A stretch of 64,000 bases of DNA. It comes from Eledone cirrhosa (Eukaryota). Positions 23,951 to 38,214 of this stretch are shown here, piece by piece. A program made the position numbers and the translations under genes. Under the pieces are notes generated by a model. It ran no database searches. It was not told where the DNA came from and was given only the letters and a program-made list of their open reading frames with translations. Within the stretch, counting starts at the first letter, position 1; each line of letters starts with the position of its first letter. The DNA lies in the NCBI GenBank assembly GCA_964016885.1, contig OZ024742.1, positions 261,764,001-261,828,000 of the forward strand, written 5' to 3'.

Positions 23951-24164
23951 TGCAGTAGTCCAGCAGTTTAATGTAACAGTCTAACTGGGCAGTGTACTAC
24001 AGTAGTGTAGTGAAATAGTCAAGCTGTACAGTGCAATTCAGTTGTGTAGAGCAGCAGTCTAGATATGCAGTGTTGTGCAGCAGTCATGCCATATATTGCA
24101 AAGTATTGCTGTGGCTGTGTAGCATAATATAGTGTAAATAAATTAGTCTAGCTGTGCAGTAGTG

Positions 24165-27100
24165 CCATGTAACAGTCTAGCTATACAGTGTAGTACAGTA
24201 GTGTAATGTAAGTTTAGCTATACAGTGTAGTACAGTAGTGTAATGTAACAGTCTAGCTATACAGTGTAATACAGTAGTGTAATATAACAGTCTAGCTATA
24301 CACTGTAATACAGTAGTGTCATGTAACAGTCTAGCTATACAGTGTAGCACAGTAGTGTAATGTAACAATCTAGCTATACAGTGTAATACAGTAGTGTAAT
24401 GTAACAGTCTAGCTATACAGTGTAATACAGTAGTGTCATGTAACAGTCTAGCTATACAGTGTAATACAGTAGTGTCATGTAACAGTCTAGCTATACACTG
24501 TAATACAGTAGTGTAATGTAAGTCTAGCTATACAGTGTAATACAGTAGTGTAATGTAACAGTCTAGCTATGCAGTGTAATACAGTAGTATAATGTAACAG
24601 TCTAGCTATACAGTGTAATACACTAGTGTAATGTAATAGTCTAGCTATACAGTGTAATACAGTAGTGTAATGTAACAGTCTAGCTATACAGTGTAATACA
24701 GTAGTGTAATACAGTAGTTTCGCTGTGCAGTGTAATACAGTAGTGTAATGTAAGTCTAGCTATACAGTGTAATACAGTAGTGTAATGTAACAGTCTAGCT
24801 ATACAGTGAAATACAGTAGTGTAATGTAAGTCTAGCTATACAGTGTAATACAGGAGTGTAATGTAACAGTCTAGTTATACGGTGTAATACAGTAGTGCAA
24901 TGTAACAGTCTAGCTATACAGTGTAATACACTAGTGTAATGTAGTGTAATACAGTAGTTTAGCTGTGCAGTGTAATACAGTAGTGTAATGTAACAGTCTA
25001 GCTATACACTGTAATACAGTAGTGTAATGTAACAGTTTAGCTATACAGTGTAATGCAGTAGTGTAATACGACAGTTTAGCTGTGCAGTGTAATACAGTAG
25101 TGTAATGTAACAGTCTAGCTACACAGTGTAATACAGTAGTGTAATACGACAGTTTAGCTGTGCAGTGTAATACAGTAGTGTAATATAACAGTCTAGCTAT
25201 ACAGTGTAATACAGTAGTGTAATACGACAGTTTAGCTGTGCAGTGTAATACAGTAGTGTAATGTAACAGTCTAGCTATACAGTGTAATACAGTAGTGTAA
25301 TGTAACAGTCTAACTATACAGTGTAATACAGTAGTGTAATGTAACAGTCTAGGTATACAGTGTAGTACAGTAGTATAATGTGACAGTCTAACTATACAGT
25401 GTAGTACAGTAGTGTAATGTAACAGTCTAGCTATACAGTGTAATACAGGAGTGTAATGTAACAGTCTAGCTATATAGTATAATAGAGTAGTGAAATGTAA
25501 CAGTCTAGCTATACAGTGTAATACAGTAATGTAATGTAACAGTCTAGCTATACAGTGTAATACCGCAGTATAATGTAACAGTCTAGATATATAGTGTAAT
25601 ACAGTAGTGTCATGTAACAGTCTAGCTATACAGTGTAATACAGTAGTGTAATACAGTAGATTAGCTGTGCAGTGTAATACAGTAGTGTAATGTAAAAGTT
25701 TAGCTATACAGTGTAATACAGTAGTGTAATATAACAGTCTAGCTATACAGTGTAATACAGTAGTGTAATACGACAGTTTAGCTGTGCAGTGTAATACAGT
25801 AGTGTAATGTAACAATCTAGCTATACAGTGTAATACAGTAGTGTAATGTAACAGTCTAACTATACAGTGTAATACAGTAGAGTAACGTAACAGTCTAACT
25901 ATACACTGTAATACAGTAGTGTAATGTAACAGTCTAGCTATACAGTGTAATACTGTAGTGTTATGTAACAGTCTAGCTATACAGTGTAATACAATAGTGT
26001 AATGTAACAGTGTAGCTATACAGTGTAATACAGTAGTGTAATACAGTAGTGTAATACAGTAGTGTAATGTAACTGTCTAGCTATACAGTATAATACAGTA
26101 GTGTAATGTAACTGTCTAGCTATACAGTATAATACAGTAGTGTAATGTAACAGTCTATCTATACAGTGTAATACAGTAGTGTAATAAGACAGTTTAGCTG
26201 TGCAGTGTAATACAGTAGTGTAATGTAACAGTCTAGCTATACAGTGTAATACAGTCGTGTAATGTGACAGTCTAGCTATACAGTGTAATACAATAGTATA
26301 ATGTAACAGTCTAGCTACACGGTGTAATACAGTAGAGTAATGTAAGTCTAGCTATACACTGTAATACAGTAGTGTAATATAACAGTCAAGCTATACACTG
26401 TAATCCAGTAGTGTAATGTAAGTCTAGCTATACACTGTAATACAGTAGTGTAATGTAACAGTCAAGCTATACACTGTAATCCAGTAGTGTAATGTAACAG
26501 TCTAGCTATAGAGTGTAATACAGTAGTCTAATGTAAATCTCGCTATACAGTGTAATACAGTAGTGTAATGTAACTGTCTAGCTATACAGTGTAATACAGT
26601 AGTGTAATGTGACAATCTAGCTATACAGTGTAATAGAGTAGTTTAATGTAAGTCTAGCTGTACAGTGTAATACAGTTATGTAATGTAACAGTCTAGATAT
26701 ACAGTGAAAAAGCGCATTCTAATGTAACAGTCTAGATATATAGTGTATTACAGTAGTGTCATGTAACAGTTTAGCTATACAGTGTAATACAGTAGTGTAA
26801 TACAGTAGATTAGCTGTGCAGTGTAATACAGTAGTGTAATGTAAAAGTTTAGCTATACAGTGTAATACAGTAGTGTAATATAACAGTCTAGCTATACAGT
26901 GTAATACAGTAGTGTAATACGACAGTTTAGCTATGCAGTGTAATACAGTAGTGTAATGTAACAATCTAGCTATACAGTGTAATACAGTAGTGTAATGTAA
27001 CAGTCTAACTATACAGTGTAATACAGTAGAGTAACGTAACAGTCTAACTATACACTGTAATACAGTAGTGTAATGTAACAGTCTAGCTATACAGTGTAAT

Positions 27101-30100
27101 ACTGTAGTGTTATGTAACAGTCTAGCTATACAGTGTAATACAGTAGTGTAATGTAACAGTGTAGCTATACAGTGTAATACAGTAGTGTAATACAGTAGTG
27201 TAATGTAACTGTCTAGCTATACAGTTTAATACAGTAGTGTAATGTAACTGTCTAGCTATACAGTATAATACAGTAGTGTAATGTAACAGTCTATCTATAC
27301 AGTGTAATACATTAGTGTAATAAGACAGTTTAGCTGTGCAGTGTAATACAGTAGTGTAATGTAACAGTCTAGCTATACAGTGTAATACAGTCGTGTAATG
27401 TGACAGTCTAGCTATACAGTGTAATGCAGTAGTGTAATGTAACAGTCTACGTTACAGTGTAATAGAGTAGTGTAATGTAACAGTCTAGCTATACAGTGTA
27501 ATACAATAGTATAATGTAACAGTCTAGCTATACAGTGTAATACAGTAGTGTAATGTAACAGTCTAGCTACACGGTGTAATACAGTAGAGTAATGTAAGTC
27601 TAGCTATACACTGTAATACAATAGTGTAATGTAACAGTCAAGCTATACACTGTCATCCAGTAGTGTAATGTAACAGTCTAGCTATAGAGTGTAATACAGT
27701 AGTGTAATGTAACTGTCTAGCTATACAGTGTAATACAGTAGTGTAATGTATGTCTAGCTATACAGTGTAATACAGTAGTATAATGTGACAATCTAGTTAT
27801 TCAGTGTAATAGAGTAGTTTAATGTAAGTCTAGCTATACAGTGTAATACAGTAGTGTAATGTAAATGTCTAGCTATACAGTGTAGTACAGTAGTGTAAGA
27901 TAACTGTCTAGTTATACAGTGTAATACAGTAGTGTAATGTAACAGTCTAGCTATACAGTTTAATACAGTAGTGTAATGTAACAGTCTAGCTATACGGTGT
28001 AATAAAGTAGTCTAATGTAAGTCTAACTATACAGTGTAATACAGTAGTATAATGTGACAGTCTAGCTATACAGTGGAATACAGTAGTGTAATACAGTTGT
28101 GTAATGTAACACTCTAGGTATACAGTGTAGTACAGTAGTGTAATGTAACTGTCTAGCTATACAGTGTAATACAGTAGTGTAATATAACAGTCTAGCTATA
28201 CAGTGTAATACAGAAGTGTAATACAGCAGTTTAGCTGTGCAGTGTAATACAGTAGTATAATGTAACACTCTAGCTATACAGTGTAATACAGCAGTTTAGC
28301 TGTGCAGTGTAATACAGTAGTGTAATGTAACACTCTAGCTATATAGTGTAATACAGGAGTGTAATGTAACAGTCTTGTTATACAGTGTAATACAGTAGTG
28401 TAATGTAAGTCTAGCTATACAGTGTAATACAGTAGTGTAATGTAAGTCTAGCTATACAGTGTAATACAGTAGTGTAATGTAACAGTCCAGCTATACAGTA
28501 TCATACAGTAGTGTAATGTAACAGTCTAGCTATACAGTGTAATACAGTAGTGTACTGTAAGAGTCTAACTATACAGTATAATACTGTAGTGTAATGTAAC
28601 AGTCTAGCTATACACTGTAATACAGTAGTACAATGTAACAGTCTAGCTATACAGTGTAGTACAGTAGTGTAATGTAAGTCTAGATATACACTGTAATACA
28701 GTAGTGTAATGTAAGTCTAGCTATACAGTGTAATACCATAGTGTAATGTAACAGTCTAGCTATACAGTGTAATACAGTAATTTAATGTAACAGTCTAGCT
28801 ATACAGTGTAATATAGTAGTGTAATGTAACAGTCTAGCTATACAGTGTAATACAGTAGTATAATGTAAATCTAGCTATACAGTGTAATACATTAGTGTAT
28901 TGTAACAGTCTAGCTATACACTGTAATAAAATAGTATAATGTAACAGTCTAGCGATACAGTGTAATACAGTAGTGTAATGTAACAGTCTAGCTATACAGT
29001 GTAATGCAGTAGTCTAATGTAAGTCTAGCTATACAGTGTAATACAGTAGTGTAATGTGACAGTCTAGCTATACAGTGTAATACAATAGTGTAATGTAAGT
29101 CTAGCTATACAGTGTAATACAGTAGTGTAATGTAACTGTCTATCTATACAGTGTAATACAGTAGTGTAATGTAAGTCTAGCTATACAGTGTAATACATTA
29201 GTGTAATGTAACTGTCTAGCTATACAGTGTAATACAGTAGTGTAATATAACAGTCTAGCTATACAGTGTAATACAGTAGTGTAATACGACAGTTTAGCTG
29301 TGCAGTGTAATACAGTAGTGTAATGTAACAATCTAGCTATACAGTGTAATACAGTAGTGTAATGTAACAGTCTAACTATACAGTGTAATACAGTAGAGTA
29401 ACGTAACAGTCTAACTATACACTGTAATACAGTAGTGTAATGTAACAGTCTAGCTATACAGTGTAATACTGTAGTGTTATGTAACAGTCTAGCTATACAG
29501 TGTAATACAATAGTGTAATGTAACAGTGTAGCTATACAATGTAATACAGTAGTGTAATACAGTAGTGTAATACAGTAGTGTAATACAGTAGTGTAATACA
29601 GTAGTGTAATACAGTAGTGTAATACAGTAGTGTAATGTAACTGTCTAGCTATACAGTATAATACAGTAGTGTAATGTAACTGTCTAGCTATACAGTATAA
29701 TACAGTAGTGTAATGTAACAGTCTATCTATACAGTGTAATACAGTAGTGTAATAAGACAGTTTAGCTGTGCAGTGTAATACAGTAGTGTAATGTAACAGT
29801 CTAGCTATACAGTGTAATACAGTCGTGTAATGTGACAGTCTAGCTATACAGTGTAATACAATAGTATAATGTAACAGTCTAGCTACACGGTGTAATACAG
29901 TAGAGTAATGTAAGTCTAGCTATACACTGTAATACAGTAGTGTAATATAACAGTCAAGCTATACACTGTAATCCAGTAGTGTAATGTAAGTCTAGCTATA
30001 CACTGTAATACAGTAGTGTAATGTAACAGTCAAGCTATACACTGTAATCCAGTAGTGTAATGTAACAGTCTAGCTATAGAGTGTAATACAGTAGTCTAAT

Positions 30101-32925
30101 GTAAATCTCGCTATACAGTGTAATACAGTAGTGTAATGTAACTGTCTAGCTATACAGTGTAATACAGTAGTGTAATGTGACAATCTAGCTATACAGTGTA
30201 ATAGAGTAGTTTAATGTAAGTCTAGCTGTACAGTGTAATACAGTTATGTAATGTAACAGTCTAGATATACAGTGAAAAAGCGCATTCTAATGTAACAGTC
30301 TAGATATATAGTGTATTACAGTAGTGTCATGTAACAGTTTAGCTATACAGTGTAATACAGTAGTGTAATACAGTAGATTAGCTGTGCAGTGTAATACAGT
30401 AGTGTAATGTAAAAGTTTAGCTATACAGTGTAATACAGTAGTGTAATATAACAGTCTAGCTATACAGTGTAATACAGTAGTGTAATACGACAGTTTAGCT
30501 ATGCAGTGTAATACAGTAGTGTAATGTAACAATCTAGCTATACAGTGTAATACAGTAGTGTAATGTAACAGTCTAACTATACAGTGTAATACAGTAGAGT
30601 AACGTAACAGTCTAACTATACACTGTAATACAGTAGTGTAATGTAACAGTCTAGCTATACAGTGTAATACTGTAGTGTTATGTAACAGTCTAGCTATACA
30701 GTGTAATACAGTAGTGTAATGTAACAGTGTAGCTATACAGTGTAATACAGTAGTGTAATACAGTAGTGTAATGTAACTGTCTAGCTATACAGTTTAATAC
30801 AGTAGTGTAATGTAACTGTCTAGCTATACAGTATAATACAGTAGTGTAATGTAACAGTCTATCTATACAGTGTAATACATTAGTGTAATAAGACAGTTTA
30901 GCTGTGCAGTGTAATACAGTAGTGTAATGTAACAGTCTAGCTATACAGTGTAATACAGTCGTGTAATGTGACAGTCTAGCTATACAGTGTAATGCAGTAG
31001 TGTAATGTAACAGTCTACGTTACAGTGTAATAGAGTAGTGTAATGTAACAGTCTAGCTATACAGTGTAATACAATAGTATAATGTAACAGTCTAGCTATA
31101 CAGTGTAATACAGTAGTGTAATGTAACAGTCTAGCTACACGGTGTAATACAGTAGTGTAATGTAACAGTCTAGCTATAGAGTGTAATACAGTAGTGTAAT
31201 GTAAGTCTAGCTATACACTGTAATACAGTAGTGTAATGTAACAGTCTAGCTATACACTGTAATACAGTAGTGTAATGTAACAGTCTAGCTACACACTGTA
31301 ATACATTAGTCTAATGTAACAGTCTAGCTATACACTGTAATACAGCAGTGTAATGTAAGTCTAGCTATACACTGTAATACAGTAGTGTAATGTAACAGTC
31401 TAGCTATACACTGTAATACAGTAGTGTAATGTAACAGTCTAGCTATAGAGTGTAATACAGTAGTGTAATGTAAGTCTAGCTATACACTGTAATACAGTAG
31501 TGTAATGTAACAGTCTAGCTATACACTGTAATACAGTAGTGTAATGTAACAGTCTAGCTATACACTGTAATACAGTAGTGTAATGTAACAGTCTAGCTAT
31601 AGAGTGTAATACAGTAGTGTAATGTAAGTCTAGCTATACACTGTAATACAGTAGTGTAATGTAACAGTCTAGCTATACACTGTAATACAGTAGTGTAATG
31701 TAACAGTCTAGTTATACACTGTAATACAGTAGTGTAATGTAACAGTCTAGCTATAGAGTGTAATACAGTAGTGTAATGTAAGTCTAGCTATACACTGTAA
31801 TACAGTAGTGTAATGTAACAGTCTAGCTATACACTGTAATACAGTAGTGTAATGTAACAGTCTAGCTATACTGTGTAATACAGTAGTGTAATGTAACAGT
31901 CTAGCTATACACTGTAATACAGTAGTGTAATGTAACAGTCTAGCTATACACTGTAATACAGTAGTGTAATGTAACAGTCTAGCTATACACTGTAATACAG
32001 TAGTGTAATGTAACAGTCTAGCTATACACTGTAATACAGTAGTGTAATGTAACAGTCTAGCTATAGAGTGTAATACAGTAGTGTAATTTAAGTCTAGCTA
32101 TACACTGTAATACAGCAGTGTAATGTAACAGTCTAGCTATACACTGTAATACAGTAGTGTAATGTAACAGTCTAGCTATACACTGTAATACAGTAGTGTA
32201 ATGTAACAGTCTAGCTATACTGTGTAATACAGTAGTGTAATGTAACAGTCTAGCTATACACTGTAATACAGTAGTGTAATGTAACAGTCTAGCTATACTG
32301 TGTAATACAGTAGTGTAGTGTAACAGTCTAGCTATACACTGTAATACAGTAGTGTATTGTAACAGTCTAGCTATACTGTGTAATACAGTAGTGTAATACA
32401 GCAGTTAAGTTGTGCAGTGTAATACATTAGTGTAATGTAACAGTCTAGCTATACACTGTAATACAGTAGTGTAATGTAACAGTCTAGCTATACACTGTTA
32501 TACAGTAGTGTAATGTAACAGTCTAGCTATAGGGTGTAATACAGTAGTGTAATGTAACAGTCTAGCTATAGAGTGTAATACAGTAGTGTAATATAACAGT
32601 CTAGCTATACACTGTAATACAGTAGTGTAATGTAACAGTCTAGCTATAGGGTGTAATACAGTAGTGTAATATAACAGTCTAGCTATACACTGTTATACAG
32701 TAGTGTAATGTAACAGTCTAGCTATACACTGTAATACAGTAGTGTAATGTAACAGTCTAGCTATACACTGTAATACAGTAGTGTAATGTAACAGTCTAGC
32801 TATAGGGTGTAATACAGTAGTGTAATGTAACAGTCTAGCTATACTGTGTAATACAGTAGTGTAATGTAACAGTCTAGCTATACAGTGTAATACAGTAGTG
32901 TAATACAGCAGTTTAGCTGTGCAGT
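24165..32925. repeat. 39-bp minisatellite array, ~8.8 kb
   Basis: Unit AGTGTAATACAGTAGTGTAATGTAACAGTCTAGCTATAC with 37-bp deletion variants; gives the 13-aa periodic ORFs. Confidence 0.97.
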
Positions 32926-32949
32926 ATGATGCAATAGGATAACCCCTTT

Positions 32950-33075
32950 AGTTTCTGAGTTCAAATCCCGCCCAGGTTAACTTTGCCTTTCATCCTTACG
33001 GCGTTTATAAAATAAAGTACCAGTAATGTACTAGGTAATTGCTGGTCTTGTGCTAAAAAGTAGAAACAATTATTT
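32950..33075 (+). mobile_element. SINE fragment separating two satellites
   Basis: GAGTTCAAATCCCGCCCAGGTTAACTTTGCCTTTCATCC...GTAGAAACAATTATT, same family as 41541-42051. Confidence 0.8.
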
Positions 33076-33094
33076 CTTTAATTTATGAAACGTT

Positions 33095-35552
33095 GCCCCA
33101 TATGATGAGATCAATAAGAGTAGTCTGCCCCATATGATGAGATCAATAAGAGTAGTCTGCCCCATATGATGAGATCAATAAGAGTAGGCTGCCCCATATG
33201 ATGAGATCAATAAGAGTAATCTGCCCCATATGATGAGATCAATAAGAGTAGGCTGCCCCATATGATGAGATCAATAAGAGTAGGCTGCCCCATATGATGA
33301 GATCAATAAGAGTAGGCTGCCCCATATGATGAGATCAATAAGAGTAGGCTGCCCCATATGATGAGATCAATAAGAGTAGGCTGCCCCATATGATGAGATC
33401 AATAAGAGTAGGCTGCCCCATATGATGAGATCAATAAGAGTAAGCTGCCCCATATGATGAGATCAATAAGAGTAGTCTGCCCCATATGATGAGATCAATA
33501 AGAGTAGGCTACCCCATATGATGAGATCAATAAGAGTAGGCTACCCCATATGGTGAGATCAATAAGAGTAGTCTGCCCCATATGATGAGATCAATAAGAG
33601 TAGGCTACCCCATATGATGAGATCAATAAGAGTAGGCTGCCCCATATGATGAGATCAATAAGAGTAGGCTACCCCATATGATGAGATCAATAAGAGTAGT
33701 CTGCCCCATATGATGAGATCAATAAGAGTAGGCTGCCCCATATGATGAGATCAATAAGAGTAGGCTGCCCCATATGATGAGATCAATAAGAGTAGGCTGC
33801 CCCATATGATGAGATCAATAAGAGTAGGCTGCCCCATATGATGAGATCAATAAGAGTAGGCTGCCCCATATGATGAGATCAATAAGAGTAGGCTGCCCCA
33901 TATGATGAGATCAATAAGAGTAGGCTGCCCCATATGATGAGATCAATAAGAGTAGGCTGCCCCATATGATGAGATCAATAAGAGTAGGCTGCCCCATATG
34001 ATGAGATCAATAAGAGTAGGCTACCCCATATGATGAGATCAATAAGAGTAGGCTGCCCCATATGATGAGATCAATAAGAGTAGGCTGCCCCATATGATGA
34101 GATCAATAAGAGTAGGCTGCCCCATATGATGAGATCAATAAGAGTAGGCTGCCCCATATGATGAGATCAATAAGAGTAGGCTACCCCATATGGTGAGAAC
34201 TATAAGAACAGGCTGCCCCATATGATGAGATCAATAAGAGTAGGCTGCCCCATATGGTGAGAACTATAAGAACAGGCTGCCCCATATGATGAGATCAATA
34301 AGAGTAGGCTACCCCATATGATGAGATCAATAAGAGTAGGCTGCCCCATATGATGAGATCAATAAGAGTAGGCTGCCCCATATGATGAGATCAATAAGAG
34401 TAGGCTACCCCATATGGTGAGAACTATAAGAACAGGCTGCCCCATATGATGAGATCAATAAGAGTAGGCTGCCCCATATGATGAGATCAATAAGAGTAGG
34501 CTACCCCATATGGTGAGAACTATAAGAACAGGCTGCCCCATATGATGAGATCAATAAGAGTAGGCTACCCCATATGGTGAGAACTATAAGAACAGGCTGC
34601 CCCATATGATGAGATCAATAAGAGTAGGCTACCCCATATGGTGAGAACTATAAGAACAGGCTGCCCCATATGATGAGATCAATAAGAGTAGGCTACCCCA
34701 TATGGTGAGAACTATAAGAACAGGCTGCCCCATATGATGAGATCAATAAGAGTAGGCTACCCCATATGGTGAGAACTATAAGAACAGGCTGCCCCATATG
34801 ATGAGATCAATAAGAGTAGGCTACCCCATATGATGAGATCAATAAGAGTAGGCTGCCCCATATGATGAGATCAATAAGAGTAGGCTGCCCCATATGATGA
34901 GATCAATAAGAGTAGGCTGCCCCATATGATGAGATCAATAAGAGTAGGCTACCCCATATGATGAGATCAATAAGAGTAGGCTGCCCCATATGATGAGATC
35001 AATAAGAGTAGGCTGCCCCATATGATGAGATCAATAAGAGTAGGCTGCCCCATATGATGAGATCAATAAGAGTAATCTGCCCCATATGATGAGATCAATA
35101 AGAGTAGTCTGCCCCATATGATGAGATCAATAAGAGTAGGCTGCCCCATATGATGAGATCAATAAGAGTAGGCTGCCCCATATGATGAGATCAATAAGAG
35201 TAGGCTACCCCATATGATGAGATCAATAAGAGTAGTCTGCCCCATATGATGAGATCAATAAGAATAGGCTGCCCCATATGATGAGATCAATAAGAGTAGG
35301 CTGCCCCATATGATGAGATCAATAAGAGTAATCTGCCCCATATGATGAGATCAATAAGAGTAGTCTGCCCCATATGATGAGATCAATAAGAGTAGGCTGC
35401 CCCATATGATGAGATCAATAAGAGTAGGCTGCCCCATATGATGAGATCAATAAGAGTAGGCTACCCCATATGATGAGATCAATAAGAGTAGTCTGCCCCA
35501 TATGATGAGATCAATAATAGTAGGCTGACCCCATATGGTGAGATCAATAAGT
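33095..35552. repeat. 32-bp minisatellite, ~77 units
   Basis: Unit GCCCCATATGATGAGATCAATAAGAGTAGGCT, head to tail with no spacers. Confidence 0.97.
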
Positions 35553-35799
35553 GTAGGTTGATAAGGGCAGACTGTCGCAAGTGTCTGATGCTCATCCAGA
35601 ACATCGAAAGCTCAAAGACTTAAGAGAAACCACTAATTTTTCAAGTAGTTGTCAAATACCTAATCATCCTATACAGACAGATAGATAGATTTGAATTGAG
35701 GTCAGACACCTTCAAGCATTTTATTGTTTTCTGAAATGTAATTCAATGTAGTGTTGAGGAGAAGTACAGCTCTATGTAGAATAGAAATGCAATTGAGAA

Positions 35800-37600
35800 C
35801 AACGTAAAGTAGTGCTGGGAATTACTCAAATACTTAATTCCAAATGGGTAAGAATAATGGGGAGGAAGCAAACATTTTTTGCACCCCAGTCAAGGCAGTA
35901 TATTTCAGCTGCACCCATGGACAAAATAGTGAAGGTATTGCTGCAGAGAACAGTCAGTGACACCTACTGCAACAACCACTCTATTCGATGGGGCCCCTTC
36001 TGTAGCCGAGATGCACTCCTCCCAATTTTGCAGAGGAAAATGGCAGTTTGGGGACTGAAGATCTCAGAAGTTTCAATTGTGACTGGTACGAAAAAGATGT
36101 GGTTGGTGAACTTCTAATATTTGGTTATCTTCCATGCCTTGATTTGTGACCAAAGGGACAAAGTTGGAAGTGGAGAATGTGTCAATGCTTGTGTGGTCAT
36201 AGATTAGAAATTAACCTCCCTCAAATCTGCTGAGGGTTAACTTGTCTTGGTGCTTGCCATCACCATGGTCGAGGTTGGCAGGCTCCATTTGTGATGGGAA
36301 ACTGACCATGTCAAGACTATCTTCTAATAATGTCTTTGAAAATAGCATGCTGGGGAAACCATGCTGCACTTTGGTGACAAGAGACTGGTTGTAGTCCAAT
36401 CTTGTCAACCATGGCTCCACAGTGGCATTTGTGTAGTACACATGCATGGTGGTTATGGTGCCAGGCCACTCCAATGCAAGTGCACTCATCATCAAGAAGG
36501 GTGCCAGTTGATGAGGAGTGCACAAAATTGAGCACAAGTCGCTGTTTGGCTGTGAGGTAGGTGAGATAGGTTGGTAAATAGAAGGCTTGATTTGCAAGCA
36601 ATTAACCTGAATTTGATGTACCAGTTGCATTGGTATCTTGCATATTGGAGGACAGTGAACACATCATCAACTCAAATGGCCAGAGTTGATAAGAATTCCT
36701 AGTCCTATTTTGATTTTGATGTTTTAGAAAGAACCTTGTTGATGAATGTGCAGCTGGAGATGATGAAAGGCAAGGAAGCCGGTGGTGCAAGAGCAAATAT
36801 TGCACAGAGGCCTAGAAAGTTTTGCTTGTTGTCAGCTGTCGTCGTCAAAACTAACTAAACTTTACGTTTGAGTTCTGTTAGATGGTGGCATCAAGTTCAT
36901 TGAGGCAATCTGCATGAAAGTGACAAGACACAAATATAAAGCAAAGTTGGGATGGACAAAGCAGTGTCTCAGGAGGAAGGACACAGAATGTACCTCGATG
37001 GGTACAATCTGTCATCTTCACCAGGTCAATTTGTTTGGTTTCCAGAAGATTGGAAAGACGAGAATGTAGGCATCTTCTCTTAGAGTTAAATGTGCCCCAG
37101 TTAGAACTTAATATTAAGTTTTTCTGTAACTCACATTTATCATCTCTGACTTGGACGAGTTAATCTCAAGTCAAAAGAGTGATAGAGCAAGAATAATGTT
37201 CTGAAGGTCGTCAATGGCAGACTCAACAGTCACCCAGTGTCACATTGTCCAGATACCAGATATTGAAAAATGAGCATACTGAGTTAGGAATGTCATTGAC
37301 AACCAATACAAAGAGGAGTGGATCAAGTGGATCACCTTGCTGGACACCTGTGATGTAATGAGCATAAGAGAGATGCACCCTGAGGGAGTATCGAGGACGC
37401 TTGTCTCTGACATGTTTCAAAGATATGGTAACGCCTAACATTATGAAAGGTGTTTTGCATGTCTAACTTTACCAGGAGGAGAGGTATGCTCAATGAAATG
37501 TCTCGTCACATGAGCAGTAGCCTCGTCAAGACCAGAGATTATTCAAAAAGGTACAATAATGGCTTAATTTATTCTTTTAATACAAATTCAGCTTCTGCTT
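35800..37600 (-). mobile_element. Degraded CRE-clade (restriction-like endonuclease) non-LTR retrotransposon
   Basis: RT motifs GVQQGDPLDPLLF and WYLDNVTLG (~37340-37230); RLE region KDIIRR...SQMEPANLDHGDGKHQDKLTL..FEGG..LIYD.T resembles EP..L...DGKRPD.LTL.PW..G..L.WD.T. Confidence 0.75.
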
Positions 37601-37671
37601 CTTCACACCTACCACTCTGTGGAGGTAGTAACACATCTATCTGCATATATATATGGAGAGAGAGAGAGAGG

Positions 37672-37900
37672 GAGTTAGTTCTACAACAAATTAACAAACC
37701 ATACTCAAGGACGCACCTTTCACCAAGTGGATTTTCAACCCATGTATGGTTATGGTGAGAAAAGGCTGAAAATCTGTAAGGTTAAATGCACGTCCTTGAG
37801 TATGGTTTGTTAATTTGTTGTGGAACTAACTCTATACCGAACTCGTCTTCTGGACTGAGTGCCCAACTTATTACGGATACAACCTCCAAGTTTTTTACCA
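37672..37900. mobile_element. Non-autonomous DNA transposon remnant with long TIR
   Basis: 37672-37713 pairs with 37791-37832; 37785-37900 is an approximate reverse complement of 18646-18762. Confidence 0.65.
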
Positions 37901-38163
37901 CTATATATATATATGAGTTGATAATGCAATCATATAAAGCAAAGAGTTATTCAAAGCTCGAATGTGATTCTATTGTCCACAGTAAGATTGGCAAAAGACA
38001 GTTCAGAGTTTAATCAAATGCAGTTGGTAAATAATTATCTTTTTTGTATTATTTAATGATTCTGAAGAATTCAGTACAGAATAGTAAATGCTACTTCCTT
38101 CTGTATTTGAAAGAAACATTCGTAAATCGATTAAATAATATAATTAAACGTTGGTTATTTATT

Positions 38164-38214
<51 letters not shown>

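Noticed and set aside
24177-30532. LHYTTVLHCIARL-repeat ORFs
   Set aside because: Translations of the 39-bp satellite, broken by frequent 2-bp deletions.
33095-35552. CRISPR array or tandem hammerhead reading of the 32-bp repeat
   Set aside because: There are no unique spacers or cas genes and the context is eukaryotic. The unit has ATGATGAG rather than CTGATGAG and lacks the GAAA box.
35500-35590. C/D snoRNA-like boxes (ATGATGA, CTGA, TGGTGA, CTGA) at the array end
   Set aside because: The boxes come from degenerate satellite units; no terminal stem, recognisable guide target or host intron.
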